Shown here: piece by piece, positions 40,426 through 50,192 of the stretch
How positions within the stretch are numbered: position 1 is the first letter of the stretch
How the letters are laid out: each line of letters opens with the position of its first letter
DNA from: an uncultured bacterium
Lineage (GTDB): Bacteria > CSSED10-310 > CAZUFC01
Direction of reading: 5' to 3'
Assembly (NCBI GenBank): GCA_964619725.1
Contig: CAZUFC010000005.1
Location: forward strand, 32,001 to 96,000
DNA length: 64,000 nt
Program-made: the position numbers and the translations under genes
Notes under the pieces: model-generated
The model's input: only the letters and a program-made list of their open reading frames with translations
Told to the model about the DNA's origin: nothing
Databases searched by the model: none

Positions 40426-42162
40426 TTATCTGGATTTTAAAAAGTTGCGTAAAGTCTGATGTGACACTCCCAGACTTTCCGCTGTTTTATGAATGTTTCC
40501 GTTGTGTCTCTTTAATCTTTGACAGAAAATCTGTTCCTTGATTTCCGTGAACTTTAGTTCAGACCAATAATCTTTTTCCGAGGAACCGAACTCAGGGAAA
40601 GAGGTCATAACATCATGATCATCGATGGGCAAGCCATGGCCGTCGGGGGTTATCTGTTTTTCAATGACCAGTCGTCGTATCCAGTTTTCCAGTTCCCGTA
40701 TATTTCCGGGCCAGGGATACTTGAAAATTTTATCATAAGCTTTCTGAGTGCAAAGGCTCTGACTAAACTGTTCAGGCAATCCAGCGCATTTATGCAGAAA
40801 ATGCTTGATGAAAACATGTATGTCCTCTTTACGTTCTCTTAACGGAGGCAGTCTCAGGGTAAAAGTGGTTATCCGAAAGAACAGGTCCTCCCGGAATTCA
40901 TTAGTCGCAATTTTCTGGTGCAGGTTCTGATTGGTTGCCGTAATCACGCGGCCGGTGAACTGTAAGGCGGCGCTGGAACCTATACGGCTGAAAGAATGAT
41001 CGTTATCGAAAAAATGAAGCAGTTTGACCTGGACAGGCATACTTAAATCGCCGATTTCATCAAGAAAAATTGTCCCTCCTGATGCCAGTTCGCATTTACC
41101 GATCTTCTTCTTGTCCGCTCCCGTAAAAGAACCTTTTTCATGTCCGAACAATTCGCTTTCAACGAGAGACTCCGGAATGGCATTGACGTTCACGGAAATA
41201 AAAGGACTGTCCTCATCAGCAAAAGTTCTGGAATGAATGTATTTAGCCAGCATGCCCTTTCCGACTCCTGATTCTCCCAGTATAAGCGCCGGCTCAGTCG
41301 GATAGGCTTTCAACCGCTCGATTTTCTGCTTCAATTTGCGGGCGTGCTCCGAATTGCCTATCACGTATTCCGATTGACCGACAGAAGCGGAATCCTTCAT
41401 CAAAGTTCGCAGCTTATCGGCCGTTTTTACCGATTCAACCGCTCGATCAATGCTGCGAACCAGGTCCAGCTTGTTCACCGGCTTCCTCAATACCTCGTAA
41501 ATTCCTTCGTCCAGCAGTTTGCGAACCCACTCCTCCTGCCAGGGAGCCGCCGAAATGATGCATTGATCCCGAAATCGAACCTGAAGTTTTCGTATTTGAT
41601 CGACCGTTCTTGACTCCAGAGCGCCGACGCCGATAAGTATGACGTCGTAAATATAAAGATCGAGTATCTTGGATAATTTGCCGAAATGTTCCAGGGAGTT
41701 TACTTTATATTTCTCAGACAAACATTTGGTTATTTTTTTTCTGTCGCTGGAATTGCCTTCTATCACCAGAATATTTCCTATGCCCGCTTTCAAAGCATCT
41801 TCATCGATTTTTTCGGCAGCGGCAATGGTCGAGAATCCGGCCGTCCCCCGCTTTTCCCCTCCGTAAGGAAAAAATTTCAACTCATATACGCCGATTCGTA
41901 TCACTGAACCTTCTTCCAGCACGCTTTCCTCTTGACGATTTCCGTCTACGAAGGTTCCGTTTTTGCTTAAATTCCGAAGGACATATCTCCCCTTTTCTTT
42001 TTTTATGACCGCATGTTGTCGGGAAATCAACGGTCCGGTTAATACCAGATCGTTCCTGTCTAAAGAACGTCCTATATTCAGGCCATCTTCAGGTACCGGT
42101 TTCCTGGTGAACAGTTGTCCTTTTTTGAAAACATGCAACTGAGCCATCATTCCTGTCGACAT
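40426..42162 (-). CDS. FHA + pseudo-receiver + sigma54-interacting AAA+ activator with Fis-type HTH
   Basis: IGR..ISRQHA..NGT FHA; GESGVGK, ESELFGHEKGSFTGA, FLDEIG, WPGNIREL. Confidence 0.9.
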   Translation of the reverse strand: MSTGMMAQLHVFKKGQLFTRKPVPEDGLNIGRSLDRNDLVLTGPLISRQHAVIKKEKGRYVLRNLSKNGTFVDGNRQEESVLEEGSVIRIGVYELKFFPYGGEKRGTAGFSTIAAAEKIDEDALKAGIGNILVIEGNSSDRKKITKCLSEKYKVNSLEHFGKLSKILDLYIYDVILIGVGALESRTVDQIRKLQVRFRDQCIISAAPWQEEWVRKLLDEGIYEVLRKPVNKLDLVRSIDRAVESVKTADKLRTLMKDSASVGQSEYVIGNSEHARKLKQKIERLKAYPTEPALILGESGVGKGMLAKYIHSRTFADEDSPFISVNVNAIPESLVESELFGHEKGSFTGADKKKIGKCELASGGTIFLDEIGDLSMPVQVKLLHFFDNDHSFSRIGSSAALQFTGRVITATNQNLHQKIATNEFREDLFFRITTFTLRLPPLRERKEDIHVFIKHFLHKCAGLPEQFSQSLCTQKAYDKIFKYPWPGNIRELENWIRRLVIEKQITPDGHGLPIDDHDVMTSFPEFGSSEKDYWSELKFTEIKEQIFCQRLKRHNGNIHKTAESLGVSHQTLRNFLKSR

Positions 42163-42240
42163 GTCGGGAAGGCCCTTTTCACTGGGATGCCTCCGCTTCC
42201 TGCGGCGGCAGCTTGCTTGAATACGAACTGCAAAAGATAA

Positions 42241-42789
42241 CTAAAATTTTACTTTAACCGGTCCCTTCGCTTCTTCCGGGACTTCAAAGTATTCCCGATG
42301 TTTAAAACCGAACATGTTCGCCGGTAAATTACTCGGAAACGTTTCAATCGTCGTGTTATAGTTCATCACCGAATCATTGTAATGCTGTCGAGCGAACGCT
42401 ATTTTGCTTTCTGTGCCCGACAGCTCTTCCTGCAGCATTAGGAAATTTCTGTCAGCCTTTAATTCCGGATAGTTTTCCGTAACCGCGAATAAAGATTTTA
42501 AAGCGCCTTCCAGCATATTATTCGCTTTAGCCTTATCCTGCGGTCCTCCGCCCTGTGCCATCATGGCACGGGCCTCCGTGAGCTGTGTTAAAGTCTCTTT
42601 TTCATGCGAGGCGTAACCTTTTACGGTTTCGACCAGGTTGGGTATCAGGTCGAAGCGGCGCTGTAACTGAACGTCAATCTGCGACCAGGCTGCGTCGACC
42701 CGGTTCTTTAATTTGACCAGCCTGTTGTAGACAACCGCAAACATTATCGCCAGGAAAACGATGATCCCTAATACGATTAACAAAGCCAT
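42241..42789 (-). CDS. lemA: LemA family protein
   Basis: YNRLV, IDVQLQRRFDLIPNLVETVKGY, ENYPELKA, FPSN. Confidence 0.95.
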   Translation of the reverse strand: MALLIVLGIIVFLAIMFAVVYNRLVKLKNRVDAAWSQIDVQLQRRFDLIPNLVETVKGYASHEKETLTQLTEARAMMAQGGGPQDKAKANNMLEGALKSLFAVTENYPELKADRNFLMLQEELSGTESKIAFARQHYNDSVMNYNTTIETFPSNLPANMFGFKHREYFEVPEEAKGPVKVKF

Positions 42790-42793
42790 GAGT

Positions 42794-43036
42794 TTATCCT
42801 CCTTGCGAATATTCTCTTACCAGCCATGAGATGAGCAAGGCAACTCCTATGCATGTCGCGGCTGTAAGTATTATAAAAAGAATCGCTTTAAAAATGAAAG
42901 CGAATAGCCCGGATATTCCCCACAATAAAGCTAGAACCAGACCGATGAGCGGGAATACTACTTTAAAAAGAAGGAACAGGGCGACGAAAATGAGTAAAAT
43001 ATATCCGATAACTTTCAACCATGAATTATCTTTCAT
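42794..43036 (-). CDS. Small membrane protein
   Basis: AAGGAGG RBS; hydrophobic helices; 4 nt from lemA. Confidence 0.65.
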   Translation of the reverse strand: MKDNSWLKVIGYILLIFVALFLLFKVVFPLIGLVLALLWGISGLFAFIFKAILFIILTAATCIGVALLISWLVREYSQGG

Positions 43037-43089
43037 TCAGGCCTCCTTTGCTCGACCTGCGGTAAAACTTGTTGTTATTTGACGACGTT

Positions 43090-43560
43090 TTAATTTTTCT
43101 CGTCGGGATTGCAGGTTTCACATGGTTTATAACCGGTTTCCAGAGCTTTCTGTAAATCGTCGAAGACTTCCACATCGCTGAAAGGAATTTTCAAGCGGCC
43201 CTTGCCGTTTTCTTCACGAAGGTCCGGACAATCGTCTCTATGCACCTTCCTGGTCGTTTTATCACCGACAAATCGAAATTCATTAGATTCATGTCTCTCG
43301 GGACTTATCACGCCGCCTGTCACTTCCTCTATGCCGCCGGCCGCTTCCTCCTCAGTCTCTCCCTCAGTCGGTTCCCAATCGCTGGGAGGTTGTATCTCGC
43401 GATAGTCGAAAACGTCATTCATTTCATCCGTCCACCAATCCGGTTTGATGTTGGTGAGCATAACGGTGCCGTCTGCGGCTACCCATTTGTATACCTGCGC
43501 GGAACTCATGGGTATGAACGCAAAGGTCAAACAAACAACGACGAGCGTTATGAGCTTCAT
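43090..43560 (-). CDS. Exported DUF4124 + Ada-type Zn-binding domain protein
   Basis: AQVYKWVAADGTVMLTN; KVHRDDC...GYKPCETCNP. Confidence 0.75.
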   Translation of the reverse strand: MKLITLVVVCLTFAFIPMSSAQVYKWVAADGTVMLTNIKPDWWTDEMNDVFDYREIQPPSDWEPTEGETEEEAAGGIEEVTGGVISPERHESNEFRFVGDKTTRKVHRDDCPDLREENGKGRLKIPFSDVEVFDDLQKALETGYKPCETCNPDEKN

Positions 43561-43713
43561 GTTTCCCTCATTCCTTTCCTGAAAAATTTATTGGCTCCAT
43601 CCATCTCTTGCGGCCTTTAGAATATGGAAAGCGCATTTTAACGATCGTTCGACGCGTTTAAATTTTTAATCAACTTCAGATAACGACGGGGCGTCGCCGG
43701 CGCTGCGACCGTT

Positions 43714-44706
43714 CTATTTCGATCCGCGCTGCATCGTTGACGGCAGTTCCCGGTCGCTTCCGCTATCCTCCTCGGCCTTGTTTCTGACGCGAAGAGTTAT
43801 ATCCAGATTCAATTTTACCTTGATTCGACTGGGAAGAGCATTCGGCCTCAATTCCAGAGGAACCACTATCTCTTTGGGAATAGTTTTTTCTATGATGATG
43901 TCGTGTTTGGGAAATGCTTTATCTGCTGCAGCAGCTCCCGAACGACCCGAAAACACTGAATAAGGCCTGCCGGAAGTTTGTCTGGCCTTCTTTTGACGAT
44001 TAACTCCTGTTGATGCGGGAACCGGTTCTTTGCGTCGATCCATTCCGCCCTTCTCTATCTCATCCTTCGCGCCTATCACCAGCTCCTCTTCCATATCTTC
44101 CTCTTTCTCGGTCACACCTTCCTGAATACGCTTCAAATGATACAAAGTCAGCTTCGATATCCCTTTCAACGTTTCGATCACTCCAGCCCCACTTACCGCT
44201 ACCGATTCATAAAAGGGTACGCCGGAAGGATTCAACGCCTCATTCAATTCTTCAACCGATGCTATATTATCCAAATCACGCTTGTTATATTGTATGACAT
44301 AAGGAATTTTATGCAGCTTTCGATTCTGCTCCGCTAAATTCTCCTTCAAATTGTCCAAACTTTCAATGTTGGCATCCATGAGGTCTTTCTGGCTGTCGGC
44401 CACAAAAACGATTGCATCTACTCCCTTTAAAACGACTTTCCTCGTCGAATTATAAAAAACCTGTCCGGGTACCGTGTAAAGCTGCAGTTTTGTCGTAAAT
44501 CCTGATACTTTCCCGATTTTCAAAGGCAGCAGATCGAAAAAGAGAGTCCTGTCGGTTTGCGTCGGCAATGCCAACATCTTTCCTCGGCGTCGTTCCGGCA
44601 AATGATCGTAAATATATTGAAGATTCGTCGTCTTACCGCCCAGTCCGGGTCCGTAATAAACGATTTTCGCCGACATTTCCTTTGTTGTGCGGTTGAAAAA
44701 AACCAC
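43714..44706 (-). CDS. mglA: MglA-family small GTPase with C-terminal extension
   Basis: KIVYYGPGLGGKTTNL, DRTLFFD, YTVPGQV, NKRD. Confidence 0.85.
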   Translation of the reverse strand: MVFFNRTTKEMSAKIVYYGPGLGGKTTNLQYIYDHLPERRRGKMLALPTQTDRTLFFDLLPLKIGKVSGFTTKLQLYTVPGQVFYNSTRKVVLKGVDAIVFVADSQKDLMDANIESLDNLKENLAEQNRKLHKIPYVIQYNKRDLDNIASVEELNEALNPSGVPFYESVAVSGAGVIETLKGISKLTLYHLKRIQEGVTEKEEDMEEELVIGAKDEIEKGGMDRRKEPVPASTGVNRQKKARQTSGRPYSVFSGRSGAAAADKAFPKHDIIIEKTIPKEIVVPLELRPNALPSRIKVKLNLDITLRVRNKAEEDSGSDRELPSTMQRGSK

Positions 44707-44939
44707 TGGCTGAAGTCTCCTTTCCTCATCGTTATGTGACCGGAATCGCTGTTAAATCGCTCGTCTCACCATTACATACTTAACCCAGACTCCTTATAAA
44801 GTCAAGAGTTTCCAAAACAGCGAATATCCCCACTCATTATCAACGGAGAAAGGTGATTCGTACAAACGCAACGCTGGAGTAACAAACCTTGGGTGAACAG
44901 AAAGAGCAGGCTCATTTAATTAAAGCTTTTTATATCCGG

Positions 44940-44980
44940 CGCCCGTCAATGAACTCGAATCACGATTCAAATTTAATGGC
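44940..44980 (+). repeat. Dispersed repeat family A, degenerate copy 3
   Basis: AACTCGAATCACGATTCAAATTTAATG. Confidence 0.6.
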
Positions 44981-45120
44981 CGGTCTGACCATTTTTTCTT
45001 TTATGCATCATAATTATGGTTATTTCGATCGCCGCCAGTTTTTTCTATCTTGAAAAATTAACAGATGTGAGTTAACTTCTCTTGAAGCGAGGGAGTTTGA
45101 ATTTCGCAAATGGGAGGAGC

Positions 45121-45417
45121 ATGGCTTTTTATACTCAAAAAGCGGACGGCAGCATCATAATTCGTGTTTACATTCAACCGAATGCAGGATCAGATGAAAT
45201 AGCGGGAATTCACGGCGACAGTTTAAAAGTAAAGATTAAAGCGCCGCCGGTTAAGGGAAAAGCCAATCAGGAATGCGAAAAATTTCTGGCGGAAACGCTG
45301 GGATTGCCTAAATCAATGGTCAGTCTGCTGAAAGGCCGAAAATCTAAACATAAGCAATTTCGTATACAATCCGGCGATGATGACCTGTTGAAGAGGGTGA
45401 CGAGTCTTCCGCATTAA
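45121..45417 (+). CDS. yggU: UPF0235/DUF167 family protein
   Basis: VYIQPNA, LKVKIKAPPVKGKAN, GRKSKHK; GGAGG RBS before ATG 45121. Confidence 0.88.
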   Translation: MAFYTQKADGSIIIRVYIQPNAGSDEIAGIHGDSLKVKIKAPPVKGKANQECEKFLAETLGLPKSMVSLLKGRKSKHKQFRIQSGDDDLLKRVTSLPH

Positions 45418-45524
45418 CTGCTGTGAACAGGTTCTCGTTTTAGGAAAAACCGGGAACAGGAGTCAGCGAAAAAATACAATCAACCCGAACGATAACTCAT
45501 GCAAGCTTCGGAAAAGGTGACTAT

Positions 45525-46247
45525 ATGAAGCAAAGAAGATTTTTTAAACATTTCACGTCTATTTTAACGAGCTTTATTCTTCTGTTTTGCGTTTTTTCAT
45601 ATGCGCAGGCCTGGACTAATCAAACGCTCATTTATATTGCGGTGGAAGCCCGGCGGATTATGCCTGAAAACGTCCAAAAAGTTTTAAAAAGATTCCAGGA
45701 TGATTTGTTTAAAGGATTATTGGACAAGAAAAACGGAAACGTTCAGTTTACCGGTGAGGAAGAGTATGCTGCGGCTATGACTGAGAGAGCTGAAGCTATC
45801 ATAACGCTTTCGCGAGAACGGACAAATTTTTCCAGAATCATACATGAAATGGGCGGAATAACCCGTATGGCTGCAGAACTGAATCATCCGATAAAATTTT
45901 CATCCAGGCATGCGGCCTGTCCTTATAAGAATGATTTCGACAAGTATATTGAGAAAAACCTGTCCCGTTTTCATGCTCCGTATCGCCGCCGGGATGTGAG
46001 CTTCGACAGCCCGGGAGCCCTGAGAAGTCATTTCAAAGAAACTTGGAAACGATCTGAGAAGCATTTCATGAAATTGGACAGAGCATTTCGGCGGGAAGAC
46101 GAAATATTACCCGCCTCCAGTTTCGATTATCGTTCCGTACCTTTCGGCATAGCTTCCATAGCATACAGAAACGCCATCCATAACGTCGCGGATGCCTGGT
46201 GTTATGTTCTGACGGGTATGGGATGGGAAATACCTGCGGAAGGATAA
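45525..46247 (+). CDS. Exported helical protein, weakly phospholipase C/P1-nuclease-like
   Basis: Signal peptide ending AQA followed by Trp; helical pattern; Zn ligands not clearly conserved. Confidence 0.45.
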   Translation: MKQRRFFKHFTSILTSFILLFCVFSYAQAWTNQTLIYIAVEARRIMPENVQKVLKRFQDDLFKGLLDKKNGNVQFTGEEEYAAAMTERAEAIITLSRERTNFSRIIHEMGGITRMAAELNHPIKFSSRHAACPYKNDFDKYIEKNLSRFHAPYRRRDVSFDSPGALRSHFKETWKRSEKHFMKLDRAFRREDEILPASSFDYRSVPFGIASIAYRNAIHNVADAWCYVLTGMGWEIPAEG

Positions 46248-46426
46248 TCCTTATCTCAAATAATCCTGAGCCCCCTGTGATCAGCCTGGGTTAAAAGCGT
46301 ATCGAAGCGACGGCGGACGTGACGACCGGGCGTTTTAATACTCATTTCTCATCGAATGGGAAAAGGAAGAGTATTTACGGTACAGTGTTTTAAATGAAAA
46401 ATGTGGTATTGATTGATTTTACCTCC

Positions 46427-46456
46427 TGCCCGGCGAGCAATAGACTACGCCGGGCA
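46427..46456. terminator. GC-rich hairpin between convergent genes
   Basis: TGCCCGGCG/CGCCGGGCA stem; no clear U tract. Confidence 0.4.
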
Positions 46457-46494
46457 AGATTGAATTTTTAAAGTGTTGGTCGGAAGTGATTGAA

Positions 46495-49374
46495 TTATTC
46501 GTTTTTCATGAAACCGAGACGCACAGCGCCGGATTCAGAGCACTCTCCCCATCTGATGATGCCGGAAGGACTCCTCACTCCCAGACACACATGATATCCT
46601 TCCAAATCATCATCGATTTCACAATGTAGAGATTGAAAGTTACCGTCAATGGGAGGTTTGTATAGATGAACAAGCGAATTGCATTGCTCCCAGGTTTCAA
46701 AGAAATCCGTGGCGTTCATCCAGGGCGATACGCCGCACCAGCCTTCTGAATCCCTGTAAAGAACTTTGAGGTCGCAATCAGCAGCCCCATGTTTGCCGTC
46801 ATGCACTATAAATGTAGGAAGAAAAGTCGTCAAATCCAGGATATTAAGCTGCTGAGCGTCGGCGCATATCGACTTCGGCCCGTCATGGCCTCGTTTGACC
46901 AGATTGCCGGAAGTCATGCTTTTTATTAATCCGTCGGGATCGCGTGCTCTGATCTGGAATTTGTAATTCAGTATTTCACCGAGATAGAAGTAGTCTTCGA
47001 TTATGAAATAAAAATAGAGATAACCGTTTTCCGGAACAACAGCCGCTTTTTCAAGATACCCTCCTGAGCAGCCGGGCGTATCGTCGAAATTCCATACGAC
47101 TGCTGTCTCGTCTGCCGGGGTCCAGTCCAGGTCAAGATGCCATTTTGAGCCGTCGTAATGCCAAAATTGTATGTCCAAATCCGAGAGATCGAAATTAGAG
47201 CCGTCCATGTTGAGAATGATTTCCGGTTCCATTTCCAATGTGCGCCGGTCTCCGATTACTGCACCCGGTCCGGGGGAATCGATGTAAATTCCCGGCCTGT
47301 GGTGACCGCATTTAAGCAGAGGCTGAGTAGTCGCGCCGCCGATAAGAGACGAGGGGTCCCTGGCGAGGATTCTGAACTTGAAATTCTCTATTCGTTCGTT
47401 TTCCCGGTATTCTTCGAGAATGAAGTAGAAATAGAGATAGTCGCCGTCCACGGGAGCTTTGTACGCGTAACAATAGTCAGTATGAGGATCGAATTGATCA
47501 TTATCCGCTTCTTCAGTCGCCTTAGTCCAATCGATAGCGGTTATCCATTCATTTCCGTTATGATACACTAGCTTGATCATCAAATTTTCTGTTAAAAATT
47601 TGTTGCTGTAGATGATTAATTCCGGTTCGGTCTCTATAGTCATGACATCGCCGATCGCCAGTTCAGGATCAAGGCTGATGAAATTCACCGATGGCGGATG
47701 ATAATCGTATTTGATTAACTCGTTTACGCAGGTCCATCCGTGAGCGCCCTGAGAGTCGCGAACTTCCACGCAGAAATAGTAGTTATCGATTTCACCGGCA
47801 TAATAATCTTCAATGAGCACGTAAAAATACTGATATCCCGTCTCGCTGTCCATAACGTCTTTGTAACAAAGGCCTTCGGTACTGCCCGGCGTGTCGTCGA
47901 AACCTGTCGTCGTCCTTTCCTCCAGCACGGGCGTCCAATCCATCGCTATTTCTGCCTCTGATCCATACCCGTATTTTATTCTGACATCCAGATTCTCCAT
48001 ATCCTCATCCCACAATACGCATTCTATTTCAACTTCCAGAGTCGATGCGGAACCTATCACCGTGGAAGGGGCGGGATTCTCGATAACCACTGATGGAGAC
48101 CCATTGTGAAAATCCACATTATAGACATCCGAAAAAGACACTCCATTCGTTATCTCGTAGGTTTCTCCGTCAGTGTAAACTATTATCGGATTCTCATAAT
48201 CGCCGTCCGGATTGGCTATCTTGTGACACATGGAATCTCCGCTTCCCGCCGGGCATTCCCAGTCCCTCGAAGTACCCTCTCCAGTCAGATATACGCACTG
48301 CAAAGGCGCTTCATAAACCTCGCACAATCGATCGATAACCTCCTGATCAGGATGACCGTAACTGTTGGCGCCGCAAGAAATTATCACGTTTTCAGCCTTC
48401 ATCGCTTCCAGAAAATACTCACTGGACGAACTGTCGGAACCGTGATGATTCAACCGTAACAGGTCCAGCGGATCGAACGCCGGCGTGTTGCATATCATCG
48501 TCAGTAAATCGGCCAGCGCCTGCTCTACCTGCGGGCCCTCATTGCCTGTCAGATCGCCTGCAACAAGATAGTCGAATCCCTTGTATTCTACATACAAACC
48601 CACCGATCTTGAATTTATGGCCAGTGAACTTGATCCTCCCGATCCCGACACACGTTCAGGATTCCCGGCTACCCAGCCTGAACTGCAAACAATCGTCGCC
48701 GTTGCTCCATCTCCCAAATCTATCGGCATGCCGTACCAATCCATCAATCTGTCATACTCATACAAAGATTCCCGGACGCCTCCGCCTTCCACAGTCCTCA
48801 CATATTTACGATACGCCTGCGATAATTCACAGAACTCTACCGGCGTTTCCCTCGCCCATTCTTCTCCGTTGTCTAACGCCGCTATTTTCGGAAAATATTT
48901 GTCCGATTCCGGCCAGTAGTTGATCTCTTCAGGATCAGGTTCTTCAATATCTCCACACTCGTCAGGAATACAGAAGTCGACACAATCATCCTCATCGTCG
49001 TCGCCGCACCATCCAGGACATGTTTGCCGTTCCCCCGCCTCCCGGTCAACCAGGATGACGCTCGTATTATGATAAGGAGGATAAGCGAACCCTCCGACAT
49101 GGTCCACATCAATGTGAGTTAAAATGATATAATCCAGTTTCTCGATTCCTTCTGCTTCCAGATACTCGCAAACTAGCCTTCCGCCGTCCGGTCCGCTGTG
49201 CCTTCCCGCATCGATAAGTATCGTCGTTCCGCCCGGCCCCACTATCAGCGTAGCATCTCCCTGGCCTACATCAATGTGATGTATCTCCAAATCCCCGTAT
49301 GCCGCGCCCCTTTCAACTCCAATAAATAACGCTGAAAGCGCACATATCATAACCATCAATGTCCTTACTTTCAT
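46495..49374 (-). CDS. Secreted ComEC/Rec2-like MBL-fold hydrolase with 3-4 tandem C-terminal repeat domains
   Basis: IDVGQGDATL, LIDAG, THIDVDHVGG, AGD, HHGS, YGHP. Confidence 0.85.
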   Translation of the reverse strand: MKVRTLMVMICALSALFIGVERGAAYGDLEIHHIDVGQGDATLIVGPGGTTILIDAGRHSGPDGGRLVCEYLEAEGIEKLDYIILTHIDVDHVGGFAYPPYHNTSVILVDREAGERQTCPGWCGDDDEDDCVDFCIPDECGDIEEPDPEEINYWPESDKYFPKIAALDNGEEWARETPVEFCELSQAYRKYVRTVEGGGVRESLYEYDRLMDWYGMPIDLGDGATATIVCSSGWVAGNPERVSGSGGSSSLAINSRSVGLYVEYKGFDYLVAGDLTGNEGPQVEQALADLLTMICNTPAFDPLDLLRLNHHGSDSSSSEYFLEAMKAENVIISCGANSYGHPDQEVIDRLCEVYEAPLQCVYLTGEGTSRDWECPAGSGDSMCHKIANPDGDYENPIIVYTDGETYEITNGVSFSDVYNVDFHNGSPSVVIENPAPSTVIGSASTLEVEIECVLWDEDMENLDVRIKYGYGSEAEIAMDWTPVLEERTTTGFDDTPGSTEGLCYKDVMDSETGYQYFYVLIEDYYAGEIDNYYFCVEVRDSQGAHGWTCVNELIKYDYHPPSVNFISLDPELAIGDVMTIETEPELIIYSNKFLTENLMIKLVYHNGNEWITAIDWTKATEEADNDQFDPHTDYCYAYKAPVDGDYLYFYFILEEYRENERIENFKFRILARDPSSLIGGATTQPLLKCGHHRPGIYIDSPGPGAVIGDRRTLEMEPEIILNMDGSNFDLSDLDIQFWHYDGSKWHLDLDWTPADETAVVWNFDDTPGCSGGYLEKAAVVPENGYLYFYFIIEDYFYLGEILNYKFQIRARDPDGLIKSMTSGNLVKRGHDGPKSICADAQQLNILDLTTFLPTFIVHDGKHGAADCDLKVLYRDSEGWCGVSPWMNATDFFETWEQCNSLVHLYKPPIDGNFQSLHCEIDDDLEGYHVCLGVRSPSGIIRWGECSESGAVRLGFMKNE

Positions 49375-49458
49375 TTTCCCTTACTCCCTGTTATTGGTTT
49401 CTTTGATTTGATCCTTTGACGCAGAAATTTTTTCCCCTCTTTACCCTCCCTTCTGCGA

Positions 49459-49488
49459 TTGACAGACTTAGCCGTAATGTCGTATCCT
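49459..49488 (+). promoter_or_regulatory. Sigma70-like promoter for a candidate sRNA
   Basis: TTGACA-18 nt-TATCCT. Confidence 0.45.
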
Positions 49489-49493
49489 GTTAA

Positions 49494-49594
49494 TTGGAAT
49501 GGACGAGACTCGCTTACAGTCCGTCTATTGCCGTATCGCCCGCGCTGCTTGGATTACCTGATTCGACACAGCGCGGGCTTTGGTTTATTTTTTC
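49494..49594 (+). ncRNA. Candidate ~100 nt two-hairpin small RNA, antisense to the leader of the MBL gene
   Basis: Stem 49498-49529, perfect 10-bp stem 49538-49547/49569-49578, T-rich tail; no plus-strand ORF follows. Confidence 0.4.
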
Positions 49595-49813
49595 CTTTCT
49601 TTATCCTGGCTCCTTCTCTGACTCCTTCGCATTAATTCATTAATTCCGAACTTTTTCAGTTCAATCAATTCATTCCCCTGCAGTCGCTATCCACACTCAT
49701 CAAAAAACGATTGTACGATGCGACTCTCTATTCTCATTAAACCCTCGTAACGCTAAAGAAAACTCAGAATGATTTCCAGATTTAAGAAGCTTCCCCCCAT
49801 TCGTAACAATAAA

Positions 49814-49843
49814 ATCGTATCACTCATAATTTACAAATGTCAA
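49814..49843 (-). promoter_or_regulatory. Sigma70-like promoter upstream of the MBL gene
   Basis: Minus strand TTGACA-18 nt-TACGAT with TGn extension. Confidence 0.4.
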
Positions 49844-49993
49844 GCCCCATAAATCCAACGATTACTTGGATGATTAAATTATAAGCTGATGGATGACTAT
49901 CAGATAATATTCAGCAAAAAAACAAAGAATTTTTAATATTTTTTTGCTTTGTTCGTTTTTCAGGAATAGTAAAGTCTCGATTTCTTATGATTA

Positions 49994-50077
49994 CGAGTTT
50001 GTGTCGGTCCACAAACTCGAATCTCGATTCAAAATTTAATGCTGGAGAGCCACTTAGGTTCCTGATCCAGAAACGAG
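49994..50077 (+). repeat. Dispersed repeat family A, copy 4, preceded by an inverted end
   Basis: CGAGTTTGTG abutting CACAAACTCG, then GAATCTCGATTCAAAATTTAATGCTGGAGAGCCACTTAGGTTCCTGATCCA. Confidence 0.75.
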
Positions 50078-50192
50078 TTATAATTTCAGCAGAGAGAAGA
50101 TAATATCTTCAGGCCGTCGCTTGTGTAAGACGGAAATTTAATAAGGCGTTTTTTGAGAAAATTATTTTAATCCCTGGAACATCCGTGCGGGT

